A DNA stretch of 64,000 bases from the NCBI RefSeq assembly GCF_009914755.1, contig NC_060933.1. One strand, written 5' to 3'. Source of the DNA: the human T2T-CHM13v2.0 reference genome, Homo sapiens. Positions 15,924 to 29,663 of the stretch are shown here, piece after piece. How positions within the stretch are numbered: the first letter of the stretch is position 1; each line of letters starts with the position of its first letter. The translations under genes were made by a program, and so were the position numbers. A model generated the notes under the pieces. The model saw only the letters and a list, made by a program, of their open reading frames with translations, searched no databases and was not told where the DNA came from.

Positions 15924-16573
15924 CAGTTGATCCTCATTATCTATGGATCCATATTTGTGAATTCAGCTACTTGCTAAAATCTACTTGCAATCCTGAAATA
16001 CTCACAAAGTTTCTGCAGTCATTCAGACATGTTCAAAGTAGTGAAAAAGTTTGAGTTCTTGTACATGCTTGCTCTCAGCTTACATTGAGTAATGTGACAT
16101 TCTGTCTTCTTGTTTCAGATCCCATACCGTAAACAAGCATCCTTTTCATGGTCTATTTAGTGTTACGTTTTTGGATTTTGGTGGGTTTTATTGTTAGTGA
16201 TTTTGTCGTTGAAAATGGTTTCTAAACACAGTACTGAAGGGCTGTCTAGTGTTCCTAAGCACTGGAATGCTGCAATGTGCCTTACAGGGAAAAAACATAT
16301 GTTAGATAAGCTTTGTTCAGGCATGAGTTATAGTGCTGTTGGCTGTGAGTTGAATGTTAAAGAATCAACAACATATATTAGATGAGGCATCTTTAAACAG
16401 AAACATACATAAAACACGTGTATGTATTGATTGATTGATGACAACATGTGACTACAGGCTAGAAGGAACCTAACCCTATATTTTTTCTTAGGTGTAATAA
16501 TTCAGTATTCACCCATTCTATGTTTGCAGACACTTTATAGAACCTAACTACCATGAATAATGACGATCTAATT
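15924..16573 (+). mobile_element. MER82 (TcMar-Tigger MITE)
   Basis: Begins TA|cagttgatcctcattat. It carries a remnant transposase HTH (ORF 16191-16385, …LDKLCSGMSYSAVGCELNVKESTTYI) and is about 650 bp long. Confidence 0.85.
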
Positions 16574-16915
16574 CTCTTTTAGGCAAGTGACTTAAAACTT
16601 TCTTTTTATGATGGTACTATTTAAAATGAATTTATTCAAGTTAAAAGCAAGCCAATTTAAATAAAAACACTTAAGTTAAAAAGAATAGTACAGGGTACAG
16701 GTTGTTTACTGTCATAGCAAAATTTGAAAGTAGTAAAGGAAAACCTGGAGTCTGTGAGTCACTAATTTAGCCAAAGCTTTTTGAGTCATCTTGCCAGAAG
16801 ATTTTACCAGTTATTGAGCCTCAGTGTCCTTATCTCCAAAAAGATTATTATACCTTCTCACATACTGAGGTGCATTTGAGGAAACAAACTGAAAAGCACT
16901 TTTAAACATACCTAC

Positions 16916-17213
16916 GGGCAGGGCATGGTGGCTCATGTCTGTAATCCCAGCACTTTGGGAGGCTGAGGCGGGTGGATCACCTGAGATCAGGAGTTTAAGA
17001 CAAGCCTAGCCAACATGTTGAAACCAAGTCTATACTAAAAATACAACAATTGGCTGGGCATGGTGGTGCATGCCTGCAGTCCCAGCTACTCCAGTGGTTG
17101 AGGCACGAGAATCGCTTGAACCCAGGAGGCCGAGGTTACATTGAGCCGAGATCGTGCCGCTGCACTCCAGCCTGGGTGACAGAGCAAGACTGTCTCTCAA
17201 AACAAAACAAAAC
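16916..17213 (+). mobile_element. Alu (AluSx-type), full length
   Basis: Alu dimer with a (CAAAA)n tail. Approximate TSD aaacatacctac / aaacacctac. Confidence 0.97.
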
Positions 17214-18099
17214 ACCTACCTAAGAACCTTATCAATATGAATGAGGCATCACCACAATAACTGTTGTTTCCTCTTGTAGACAAATTGTGAGGATTACCAG
17301 CTAATCTGAGTTCCTATGCTACTGCAGTTCCATCTGTCAGAAGAAAAGAAAAGGAAAAAAAAAGCACATTTGACATGCCCCCCACCTCCATTACCCACTA
17401 ATAATGAAAAAATAATGATCTTTTTTCCCATGTTGGTGAATATTTTCCCTGTCAACTCCGATATGCTCATAATGCTGGCAGACAGATTATTTATGACCAG
17501 AGAAATTAAATATTATTTCATTTCTCCTAATACAATCTGTGGCGTCTCCCAGCTCCCAATTCCTTCCCATTAAGGTTATTGTCTTTTCTGCTCCAATTGG
17601 CTGCGTGCTGTTGGCTTGTAACAGCACTGGCAGAATGCTCGGAGCATAATGGAGGTGGTAGAAATGGTGTAATTTGCAAGACTGCCTTCCCCGTCTCATC
17701 TAAATGAAGACATTTGGTCCCTGCAAGTCAAAACCCATTTTGATGAGTCTAGATGCATTTGGACTAATGGAAAAGGACAGCCATAGTTGTAATGGACTTC
17801 CTGAACTGGGTTTTCTTACTTAGAATCACAGAATTTCGGAACTTGGAGGGTGATTCAAGTCCATCTGTTTCAAGTCTCTCATTTGCTTGGGGGAAACTGA
17901 GGAGCAGAGAAGGGCATTCATGCAATGACACCTCTGATGAAAGAGCACTTTTTTCCTTTCCAACCTCTGTTCAATATTCTCATACTTTCAGTATGATTTA
18001 GATCCTTATCAGGAGCCCATGCCCTTCTCTAAGCACTGAGAGATATGAGTACCTTTTACAAGGGCCAGAGGCAGGAATCTTTCCCAAACAGGGGTTTGT

Positions 18100-18301
18100 G
18101 CCTTCCTGCCTCTGTGCCTTTGCGATTTCTATTCTTTCAGGTAATATCAGCTAGAGGTGAACTGGAGTATTTTGGGGACCTGCATCGTGGCTCAACTTCT
18201 TCCTCTGCCCAAGCCTGTTTTCCTTCCTTCTTTTCATAGGTGTTATTTCTAATAACAAATCCAATCCCAGTCCCTGCTTCAGGAGAACTCAACCTGTGAC
18301 A
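18100..18301 (+). mobile_element. ERVL LTR 3' part (LTR16-like)
   Basis: Ends …ccctgcttcaggagaactcaacctgtgaca, resembling the LTR16 terminus. Confidence 0.55.
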
Positions 18302-18586
18302 CTGAGGAGGCGAAATGTAAGATGAGTTTCTTCCTTCCTTATTCTTAGATTTATTTCACACTTGCTATGTGCCAAAACTGATATAGATCTGGTGTGTAAA
18401 AATATAGTTCCTCCTAACTGAAAGCAACCAGCTGGATAGCAGAGAGACAATAAGAAGCAATCATGTTAAGCCACTGTTTAATGCAGACCATTGTTACCTC
18501 CTGACTACACTACTGCAATATGGCCCTTGCGTGTATTTCACTTTCTATGTTGTTCCCATTTATTCATCAAGTGAAAACCCAAGTCT

Positions 18587-18917
<331 letters not shown>

Positions 18918-18945
18918 TTACTTCTTGGCTTAAAATCTCTTAGTG

Positions 18946-19243
18946 GGCCAAGTGGGCGCTGTGGCTCACGCCTATAATCCCAGCACTTTAGGAGGCTGAG
19001 GGAGGTGGATCATCTGAGGTCAGAAGTTTGTGACCAGCCTGGCCAACATGGTGAAACCCCATCTCTACTAAAAAATACAAAAAATTAGCCAGGCATGGTG
19101 GCATGCACCTGTAATCCCAGCTACTCAGGAGGCTGAGGCAGGAGAATCACTTGAACCCAGGAGGCGGAGGTTGCAGCGAGCCAAGATCACACCGCTGCAC
19201 TCCAGCCTGGGCAACATAGCGAGACTCCATTTCAAAAAAAAAA
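18946..19243 (+). mobile_element. Alu (AluSx-type), full length
   Basis: Alu dimer with perfect TSD AAAATCTCTTAGTG at 18932 and 19244. Confidence 0.97.
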
Positions 19244-19413
19244 AAAATCTCTTAGTGAAGCCTGATAACAGTTGAAATAAAGCCCCAGTTCCTTATTTAG
19301 CTCTTGCCTATTTCCTCTGTATCATTTCTTTCAATGTATAATGCCTTAGTAACACTGACCTGTTTTCAGTCTCTCAAGCCCATGGGCTCTTCCCTATCTC
19401 AAATTCTTAAAAC

Positions 19414-19881
19414 TGTGAACTCCAAAAATCTGAGAAAGGCTTCAGTTAATTTAGAAAGTTTGTTTGGCCAAGGTTGAGGATGCGCACCCATGACACTGCT
19501 TCAGGAGGTCCTGACGACATGTGTCTAAGGTGGTCAAAGCACAGTTTGGTTTTATACATTTTAGGGAGACATGAGACATCAATCAACATAGGTAAGATGA
19601 ACATTGGTTTGGTTTGGAAAGGCAGGATAACTCAAAGCAAAGGCAGGATGACTCCAAGCGGGGAGCGGACTTCTAGGTCATAGGTAGATAAGAGACAAAT
19701 GATTGCCTGCCTTTGAGTTTCTGATGAGCCTCTCCAAAGGAGGCAATCAGATATGCATTTATCTCAGTGAGCAGAGGGGTGACTTTGAATAGAATGGAAG
19801 ACAGGTTTGCCACAGTTACCAGCTTGACTTTTCCCTTTAGCTTAGTGATTTGGGGGCCCCAAGATTTATTTTCCTTTCATA
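19414..19881 (-). mobile_element. Solo ERV1 LTR, MER4A/MER4A1
   Basis: The reverse complement begins t(a/g)tgaaaggaaaataaatcttggggcccc and ends …gagttcaca. About 470 bp. Confidence 0.88.
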
Positions 19882-21300
19882 ATACCTACTAATTCCTCCA
19901 TCTAGAGGATTCTCCTTCTGCTATCTTTGAGTATCTGACACATTCTCACCCTTGACAATTTGTTTTATTTGTTATCTTCTCAAGGCTGCTGCATAGTTTT
20001 GTAGGTTATATACTGAAAATCCAAGGGGGTGCTGTTCACATTGCTAGTCATCTGTGGTTGGTGTATTTATTATGATTTGATGGCAGTTATAAATGAGGAA
20101 GCTTAAGCAAGAGATGGCTTTTTCTAATTTGCAGAAAGGTCCTCAGCAGATATAATGAAGGATTGAAAGTTCATTCCTCAGTCCCCTGCTCTGACTACTG
20201 GATCCAGTTTATTCCCTTCATATTACATATTGTCATTTTAATCACATATTTATTTGCTTGTTTACTTTATCGCTTGTTTTTTTCATTAGATTATGGTTTT
20301 TATATGGTTAGAAATAAATAACTTTTTCTTCACCCACAAGTATACTGTGTGTCTTGCACAGTGCCTGATATATAAAAAAGGGCTCAACAAATGTTGCTCA
20401 GTTAAATCAGTGAAGGTGAGTGGGTGACATTTGGGCTGTTCTGTAAAATGAGCGTAGGATTTAAACACCACTCCAAGAAAGAGAGGCATTTTTGTGAGGG
20501 AGGGGAGAATTCCTTATATAAGAAATGGGACAAAAAGCACTTATCTTAGTAATGTGCTCAAAGATGTAAAATGCTAGCACAATGTTTGACACAGCTACAC
20601 TCAAAAACATTTCTACTATCATTATCATCATTCTTTTACTATGGTTAATAAACAGCAGAAACATTACTCTTCCTCATTGATTAGAACATATAGTATTACA
20701 AAAAATACAAAATCAGAGTTTATAATTAGCTTGTATGGTTTGCAAAATTCTCTGGAGGAATTTGGATTTCATATATTCAGAGTTTCTTCTAGCCTTGCAA
20801 TTTACCTTAAGACAGTGAAAAAAATAGATTTCACGAAAAATTAAGTATATTATACAGTCCAAGTTCTGGACCCGTAATTGAAAATAAGCCCCATGTTTCT
20901 CTTTCTTATGAAATTTCATTCTCCTCATTATTGCCATGATCCGCTGAACAAATGCCCCTGGGAGGCCAAGGAAGTCAGACAGTGGCACCATTTCCCACTT
21001 TAGCAATTCCCTGAAACTGTGCATACCAAAGGAAGGACAGTTGTTATCAAGTTGTCAGCAATTCCCATTGTATCTCCAGAGCTATAAAACCACTGGTGCC
21101 TCTTTCCAAAAGGCCTTTTGAAACATCTTCTACTTTAAGAAGAAAAACATAACTGATATAAAAAAAATTCAATTCCATGGTAAGAACTGAAAGTTGAGAT
21201 CACATGTTATTTTTCTTGCTAGTAGCTATCATCCTTCTATTTCTCACTTTTTTTCTTCTTGGGAACCATTGACTATATCCCACTTCCTGGGACCACTCTG

Positions 21301-21720
21301 GGTATCAGTCATGGTTTTGGTTGCAAGCAACAGAAAGGGAACAGATACTTTGGTGAGAAACACAATTTATTGGAAAGATATTGGGTAACTTACAAAATCA
21401 ACAATAGACTAATCAATCAGGCCCTGAAAATAAGCAGGAACCAAGAGAGGCTAGGAAGCAGGAAATTCACTACTTCTCTGTACACACTGACAACTCACAG
21501 TGCAGCCAGTAGCGGGACTCTGGATATCACCATTTGCCACTGGGTCCTCACCACCACAGGATTCTTAATGCTGCCACCAAAATGAATAATCTTTTTACCA
21601 TCTCTGCATCTCTCCATCAATCCTTTAAGAGTCAGTCATGGATAGGACCATCTGATTTTCTCTTTTTTTAAGGCCAAGTGCCTGTACCCATGCACTAACT
21701 CACAGCAAAAGTTACCTAGC
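21301..21720 (-). mobile_element. Old MaLR LTR (MLT1K/L/N-like)
   Basis: gtatcagtcatggttttggttgcaagcaacagaaa…aatttattggaaagatattgggtaacttacaaaat is typical of old MLT1 LTR ends. Confidence 0.6.
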
Positions 21721-22106
21721 AGATTTTTTTTCCCTATTCATTCCAAAATAAGAACAACATTTGAATAGGAGGCAATAAAGAAATGGTGGATTTCAGTGGC
21801 AGAAAAAGTAAGTGATAAAACTAGGTTTTCAAACTTGTCCATGTGTTTTAATCAAGCTCTCCATCGTAGGGGAAAATTAGAGTTGAATAAAGAGAGAGAT
21901 TCTTCTAAGAGGTGAAATAGATGAAGATATTAAAGCAACCGTCTTACAAAACTTAACACGTCTCACACCATCACAAACCAAAATTGTATCCAAAGCAGAA
22001 TTATCAGTCATTCCTTTAAAAAGTACTTATTAGAGATCTACTATCCAAGTAGTGCTGTGTTAGGCAGTGTGAATTAAGTTCCCATGCTCAAGGAATTTAT
22101 CTTATA

Positions 22107-22439
22107 CAGTCTACCCTCCATATCCACGCACATCTACAGATTCAATCAACCACAAACTGAAAATATTCAGAAAAAAATAACAATGCAACCACAAAAAGTA
22201 ATTTAAATAAAAAACAGCATAACAACTATTTACATAGCATGTACATTATCTTATGCATTATAAGTAATCTAGAGATGAGTCAAAGTATACTGAAGGATGT
22301 GTGTAGGTTATATGCAAACTACTCCATTTTATATAAGAGATTTGAACCTCCACTAAATTCTGGCATCCTTAAGGGTGGGAGGTGGTGTGGGGGGAGTGAA
22401 TACTAAAACCAGCCTCTCATGGATACTGAGGGGCAACTG
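22107..22439. mobile_element. Tigger3a-like MITE
   Basis: Terminal inverted repeats cagtctaccctccatatcca / tggatactgaggggcaactg, flanked by TA on both sides. Confidence 0.88.
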
Positions 22440-24389
22440 TACTTATTGCTTTAATGACTCAACAGAATGATATCGTTGACTGCTTTCAGCTCTTTATGTA
22501 TGAAATTAAAACATACTATGTCTTTTTCCACTATTGTGCTTGCAAAGGACATTTGTACATTTGCCACACCTATCATCCTATATATTTAAATATTAATAGG
22601 AAAGTTTTGAGCAATAAAGACAGGTGGAAAAAAAGTGGTTAGAAGATTGGAGTCAAGTGTGGAGATTTGGGTCTTGGATCTGCTGTTAGACAACTCTGAG
22701 TCCTTCAGTAAATTGGCAAATCTCAGCTTCAATCCCCTGGCATGTTAAATGGGATAATACCTAAATCCACCTCTTGTATATCTTTGCAAAATTAAGATGG
22801 GGGTGTCTACTTAGATGGGTTTAATTTTTATTCTTTATAATAAACAAGGAAACATACTTTTTAGGGCACCAAATGACAGGTACTGACTGACAAAGTATTT
22901 TGTAATTATACTTAATTCTCCACTACAAGCTATCTGAAAACCTCTAGATATCATACAAGCTTTAACTCTTCTGCTCATGTGGTTTCATCTCTTTGCTAAC
23001 ATTTCTTTTTTATTAAAAATCCAAGTGTTACAGTTATCCCCACCATTTATACACACATATTTTTAAGTGTTAAGTCGTCAGGCACAAAGCGTTCTGTTGC
23101 ACTTGAACAACTACTTGTTAGTTGAGAATTTTTTTCTCTTGTCTTATTATCTCTCCTGTAGGTAACAAATAATGAGCTTTGATAAGAGCTAAGTTTAATT
23201 CTCTTTGCTAGAAAAGAAAAAAGATCACCTATTTTTACATTCCCATAGATGAGACAAAATTTTCTCTTTTAGGGAACAAAAGTTGGAAATGTTTCTGATT
23301 TCTCCCTCATTATCAAGGAAGAAGTAAATTCTCCAATTGATAGGATTAAGGGAAGGAATTCACCATGATCATCCCAGGACCTTCTTGCAGCTCTTTCAGA
23401 GAGTCAATGCATAGACTCTGTTCATTTGTGTCCTAAGCTTATAGGAGATTGAGTGATGGATAAGACCTTGAACCTCTCAGGGGATGGTAAATATTTTAAA
23501 GGATAAGCTATCAAAAAACCCAGCTGTGGTTGCCGATGAGGTTATCTATTTTAATACAACTTTATTGCTAATAACACTGACATTTTGTTGTCTGTCTGAT
23601 GATAACCATACTCAGGAAAATAAGAGCTGAGTGTTAATTGTGGAATCCCTAAAAACTCCAACTTATTCCATCAGTGGCAGCAGTTTTATAATGCAAGTCT
23701 CTCTCTGTTCTCTAATAGCCACATTATCAGCAAGTAAGCTGGTATTTTCTAGAAATAGTGTTCTCACAGGAACATGGTAAGCATTGTATGTTCTTTATTT
23801 TCTTTTGTTTTTTTAATACATGTGGTTTTTATTTTTAGGACTGAATATACAGATCTTTCTGCCTTCCTCTTAGTTGGTAACTTTGCTCATCTCATCTCCA
23901 TGTTTACCCTCAAAGAGAGAAAACAGGTTTTAACTGGATAGTAAGTATTAGTGAGCACTTTCAGGGGAAACATAAGAAGATATTTAACAAAAAGCTTTCT
24001 AGAACTCTACATTTGGGGTTATTTGAGGAAAAATTAGGCATGGCAAAAACCTAGATTGTGTTAATAATGGTCGTTAAGAGAGTCCCTTTTCTGTAATCTG
24101 AATCCTCAAATAAAATAGTACCTTGAGAGGAGGCATCTTCCTGTGGTCACTAAACTGTTTCCCAAATATATTTAACCTGTAGACATTAGATACAATATGA
24201 TAGGATTGTACTAATGCATAGTAGTTTGAATTTCACTGCATATGCTATGCTTGAATAATGACAGGGAAATTGGGTTTTAGTGAAGATACTTAAGAAGATT
24301 GATGAATTATTTGTACATTGGCAGACTAGTCCTTTAATTCAGATTGTTCTTGCTAAGAGCCCAAACCACATCAAATTAACCTTATTTGT

Positions 24390-25680
24390 TTATTTATTTA
24401 TTCATTCATTTATCGTTCATTCAATTCCCAAAAGTTTATTGACGGTCAACTTGGTTTTAAGCATTTTTCTAAGTATTGGAGACCCACAAGTCAACAAAAC
24501 AGCACTCTTAAATGCTAGTAGGAGAGACTAGCAATAACACATTAATAATTGAATTATATATTACTGCAAAGGTAATAAATTACAGAGAAAAAAGTTGAAA
24601 AACAGAAAGAAGCATGTAGATTATTGGGGCAGAAAGGAGGGTTTAAACTTTTCAGTAGATTGCTCAGTCAAGGCCACATTAAGAAGAAAACATCTGAACA
24701 AAAGTTTGAGAAGAGAACTGTGCATATATGCAGAAATGAGCCTTCCAAGAAGAGGAAACAAAATGTTTAAAGGCTCCAAGCCAGGAGCATGCCTTGAGTG
24801 TGAACACTCAGAAGCTGGTGTGATTGGAATTGAATGAATAGAGAGAAGATTAAGAAATAAAGTCAGAGAGATAATTGAAGGCCAGACTATGTGGGATTTT
24901 AGGACCATTGTCTTTGGAATTAGAGAGACTGAGATGGAAAATCACTATAAAATTCTGCACATTAACTCTGGTTGATGTGATAGGAGAGACTGAAAGGAAT
25001 GGGTTAATCAAGGATAGAAAAAGTGAGACCAATTAGGATACTAATGCAACAGTGCAAATGTGGTGGCCTGGACTAGGTCACTATGAGTGTATGTGACAAA
25101 ATGCAGTCTGGGTATATTTTGAAGATAAAGACAACAAAGTTTGTTGAAAGACTGAAATAAGAACATGTTGGCAATGGAAAATCAAGAATTGTGGTTTAGA
25201 CCCCATAGATATTACAAATATCAAATATATAGGTAACTATAGGAAGCTTAATTTAAGGAAGAAGGCCAAGACTGTTGAATGGTCAGCATATAGATGGGAT
25301 CTAAAACCTGAACACTGGATGTGATCAACAAGTGCCTGAGTTTAGATAGAAAAGAGAAGAAATCTATTGATATTGCTGTAGAGATTAAGAGGTCAGGAAG
25401 ATAAGGAAGAACTCACAAAAGAGACTGATAACAAACAGCCAGTGGTAGAAAAAAAAAAAAAACCCAGAAGGCTGTGCTCACCTAGTATTAACGTACATAA
25501 AGGGGTGGGAGAAATAGACCTTTTCAAATAATGCTCATAGGTCAACTGAAATGACTGAACAAACTGGCAGTGGCTACTGCATTTAGCAATTCAGAAGTTG
25601 CTGCTGACCTTGACAAGAATGGTTTTGCTGGAGCTGTGTCAGTGAAAGCCTTGTTAGAGTGGGCACAGCAGAATAGTGGT
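24390..25680 (-). mobile_element. L2 LINE, about 1.3 kb 3' portion
   Basis: Starts with an (attc)n L2 tail in reverse. Contains ggtcagcatatagatgg and gcatttagcaattcagaagttgctgctgaccttgacaagaa. Confidence 0.8.
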
Positions 25681-25689
25681 AGACTAACC

Positions 25690-26432
25690 CGAGACCACGA
25701 CTATAGAGCTCTCACTTGCCTCTTTTCATTAATAGCATGATGTTTCAGTGATGGCAGACAACAATGTGACTCACCAACAATTCTGAAGAAATGCTCCTTC
25801 AAGCATCCAAGAGGATCACCTTTCTTCTCTGTCTTGAAATTAGGTATAGCTCTTTGTTTTGCTTTCTCAAATGAGTTATCGGCAGAAGTGGCATGTATCC
25901 ATTCCAAGCAGAAGCATGAAAATCTGGTGTGTGATTATCTCTTTCTTCTTTGTGCTGCTGTTGGCAATGTTCTATGTAGTGAGAACTTCATTAGCTGTGG
26001 TTCAATATGAAACAGAAATCCTCCACAAATGTGTAATGTTGCTGGCATGTTGGCTCATGCCTGTAATCCCAGCACATTGGGAGGCCAAGGCAGGTAGATT
26101 GCTTGAGCCTAGGAGTTTGAGATCAGCCTGGGCGGCATGGCGAAACCTCATCTCTACAAAAAATACAAAAATTAGTAAGGTGTGTTGGTGTGTGCCATTA
26201 GTCCCAGCTACTCAGGAGGCTGAGGTGGAAGGATCACTTGAGGCCAAGGGATTGAAGCTGCAGTGAGCTGTGATCCCGCCATTGCACTCCAGCCTGGGTA
26301 ATAGAGAAAGACCCTGTCTCGAAAACAAAATGTATAATGTTTATATGCTGTGAGTGAAAAAATAAACTTTTTTGTTTCAAAACACTGAACCTTTGGGGTC
26401 ATTGGTTACTGCAGCCTGATCTGGTCTAATAT
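25690..26432 (+). mobile_element. Old MaLR LTR (MLT1H/I/J-like) interrupted by an Alu
   Basis: Ends aataaactttttgtttcaaaacactgaacctttggggtcattggttactgcagcctgatctggtctaat. Confidence 0.55.
26041..26328 (+). mobile_element. Alu (AluJ-type)
   Basis: Alu dimer with AluJ-type gaggtggaaggatcacttgagg. TSD aaatgt(g/a)taatgtt. Confidence 0.95.
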
Positions 26433-26827
26433 GAGTAGCACCATGCCTGCTCTCTTTCTGTTGTACGTGCTGGAATTTCTGTAACTATACTAACCAACTG
26501 ACCACAGCTTGCTCAAAATGTATTGGGAAATCACAAGCTCTCTAGAAGATGGAAAGTATTTGCTTCCTTCATCAGTATCAGCACATTCAGAATGGAATGA
26601 ATTAGCCCTATTCTCCCCTGGAAAAAGGGTCTTCCCGTTTCTCACCAATGAGGTGGTGGGAGATGACAATAAGGCATGCTTTTGTTTTATCTGGAGGAGG
26701 GAAAGGGCCTGTGCGTTCAATGTAAGAGTCCAGTAAATTCTAAAAAAAGACCCTACTCTCAGCTCACATTTGGAATTACAAAATTAGTTTTGTACATAAA
26801 AAGGACCCACAAATTTTAAGTTCTTGG

Positions 26828-26915
26828 TAATTATTACCTATTATTTTGTTGCAATTATTGTTTTATTGTAATGATTATTGTTTATCATTACTATTATTAT
26901 TATTATTATTATTAT
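26828..26915. repeat. (ATT)n low-complexity/microsatellite
   Basis: ttattattattattatt run within degenerate ATT repeats. Confidence 0.85.
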
Positions 26916-28365
26916 GTCTTGATGGTCATAATGACCTAAAGTTTGCTTTGGCACACCTTTCTTTATGTACCAGGGGATATGTGAAAAAAGAAAATCATAA
27001 TTCATCCAACATTTCTTATATGTCTACTGCATACTGAACTTATACTCAGAAGACTGATGTTGGACAAGCTATGTTCACTTTCATTCTTCCACTTCAGCTT
27101 CATGGACCATAAAGTCATTTATATGAGAAAAGAAAGCATTAACTCCATCTATCTTCAGGGGGCAACAGAATAGATGATCATATTTTCCCATGTCAACATA
27201 CTAATGGCATATTATACACAAGTTTATAGCTCCCTGATCACCAATCTGCAAGTTGGAAAATGGTACTCAATTGGATTGAGTGATTTGTAAAGGTTGAAAC
27301 ATTGATAAAAAGAGAGACAGGGAAAGAGAAAGATTGGAACCTTGTCAAGGAAAAAACAAAGAAGAAAATAAATACCTATGTTTTTAAAAATGAATTTATT
27401 TCTCTTCAGGTATTTCTTCAACATCCAAGTGAATATATGGTTCTTATAATACATTGAATTTAAACAATTTCAGTAATACAAGGAAATTGCAGCTGATGGA
27501 AATCCTGAACAGCATGCCAAATGACTTTGAGTTCATTCTTGTTCCTCTTTTTCTTCCATAAACCCAGCCAGGCCATTCAATTCCACAAGCCATCGAGGAC
27601 TGTGAGATATTACATCATTATAAAGGTTATATATAATTCATTCACCATGTCAAAGAAATGGTGATAAATGCAGGAATTACTCACAAGGATCTTTTCACAT
27701 ATTTTTCCTCAAGCCTTTTTAATTTTATTTTTTAATTCTTTTTATAACTTCCATCAGCTGATCAGCCACACCATCATCAAAATATTACACAGCTCCCAAA
27801 AGTCATGTGGAATAATGAAATCTGGGCGAGACTTGATACCCAGTCTCTGGCTTCTAAGGCTTGTTAATCTCATGGGAGCAAAAGTAGTACATGGACCAAC
27901 ATTTATTGAGCCTCACCTATGAACTGAGAATAGAAATCTTACTTTATACAGTTTTTAAAGAATATTTTATTTTCAAACTTAGGTCTCACCAGATACATGA
28001 GACTAGTGAAGGTTTTATTTTTATTTTTGTTTGTTTTTTTAATTCAACAAGTATACACTGAAGAGCTGTATGCCATAATCCCTGCCCTTGAGAAGTTTTC
28101 CATCCAGTCAAAGACACTGCAACTGTTGAGCTCAAAATTGTAACTGAACAACTCAATAAGAGCAATAGAACAGAGATCGGATAATTTGTTGTAAGAGAAT
28201 CAGGAAGCGAGAACAAAACTTGGTCTGAGGCTCTCCTAGAAGGTTTTTACTAAAAGTGTGGATTACTCGCTGGGTCCTCTAACATGTTTAGAGAAATTTC
28301 CACTTCATGCAAAGAAAGCGGCTTGTTTAAAGTCATGAAACAGTGAAAAGGGTGGGCATATCCAC

Positions 28366-29035
28366 TGCATTAGTTTCATGGAGCTGCCATAACAAAGCAG
28401 CACAAACTGATGCTTACAGCAAGTGAAATTTATTGTCACAGTTCTGGGGGCTAAAAGTCTAAAGTCAAGATGTTGACAGGGCCTCACTCCCTTGTAAAAT
28501 TCCTAGGAGAGGATCTTTCCTTGCCTCTTACTCCTTCTGTTTGCCCCTTACAGCTTCTGTTCACCCCAAGCGTTTCTTGGCTCACGTAAGTATCACTCCA
28601 ATCTTTGCCTCCTTCACTTGGTTGTCTTCTCCCTATTTGTCTCTGTCTTCACATCTCATTCTCTTCTGCAAGTAAAATTGTTATTATAACAATAATAAGG
28701 AGAATAAGGCGAAATACAGAAAGCTTATTTTCAGGAAGAAGGCCAAGGCTATTGATGCACACTAGAGAATGGTCAGCATATAGATGGGGTTTAAATCTGA
28801 ATGCTAGATGTGATCAGCAATATTCCTCCTCTGTATGTGTGTCTATGTCCAAAAATTCCTCTTTTTATAATGACATCAATCCTATTGGATTAGGGCTCAA
28901 CCTAATACTCTCAACTTAATTACATCTACAAAGACCCTATTGCCAAACAAGGGCATGTTCACAGGTACCAGGGATTAGAACTAGAACATACCTTCCTTTT
29001 TTCTTTGGAGAAGGGGCACAATGCAATCCACAACG
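28366..29035 (-). mobile_element. MLT1B/C-type solo LTR with a ~155-bp foreign insert (28669-28824)
   Basis: Starts tgcattagtttcatggagctgccataacaaa and ends ggggcacaatgcaatccacaac. LTR sequence continues on both sides of the insert. Confidence 0.85.
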
Positions 29036-29663
29036 TTCATGGAAAGTGTAAAAGAAATATAGGGAACATGTTGAGAAGGGAGAGGAGAAGGCTGGAGCCA
29101 GATTGTAAAGAACACAGCATGCCATGTGGGAAGCCCTCAGGCATGCTTCAGCAGATGAGTAAATAAAGCGGCTTTCTCTTTATAAAGACCATTCTATGGC
29201 AATGAAAAAATGGACCAAATGGAAGTGACAGTTGCATGTGGCACACATAGTAATTGTCTAGATGAATACTAGGGAGCATATGAGAGGCCAGAGCTAAGGG
29301 AAGTCTCTCAGACTAGATGACAATTGATCTGATTAGAGAATCAATCAAGAGGAAAGAATAGAGAATGGCTCTGAGGCTTCTAGTCTTGAGTACTGGGTAG
29401 CTGGTAAGACTATTAACCAAGAGATGAACCATATGCAGTAAAGTCGACCGGGAATCAGAATAAGGAGGAGGCAAGTGAAAAGCTTAACTTAGTATATGTT
29501 AAGTTGATCTGGGGAAAAAAGGGATTTAAGCAAAATCTTGAAGAATGCAAATAATGAGTATATTCTGCATTGGGCTCATTCTCAGACATTGAAAAACTTT
29601 TTAAAAGGTTGCATTCTGGACTCTTTTCAATAGTGAGAAATCCAGAGTAACAATTATCCAAAG

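Larger units (their letters stand above)
15270..16765 (-). mobile_element. hAT-Charlie MITE (MER113-like) split by an Alu and MER82
   Basis: ttaaaatgaatttattcaagttaaaagcaagccaatttaaataaaaacacttaagt…aatagtacag matches my recollection of reverse MER113. The left part is at about 15270-15540. Confidence 0.5.

Noticed and set aside
16191-16385. ORF with a CENP-B/Tigger-like HTH
   Set aside because: It is the normal internal remnant of the MER82 MITE, not a domesticated gene.
19618-19660. 21-bp imperfect tandem duplication aaaggcaggataactcaaagc / aaaggcaggatgactccaagc
   Set aside because: It lies within the MER4A LTR and is probably a subfamily consensus feature.
23700-23785. Two consensus-like splice donors (caa|gtaagc, atg|gtaagc)
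   Set aside because: There is no supported acceptor or ORF, and such motifs are expected by chance in 64 kb.
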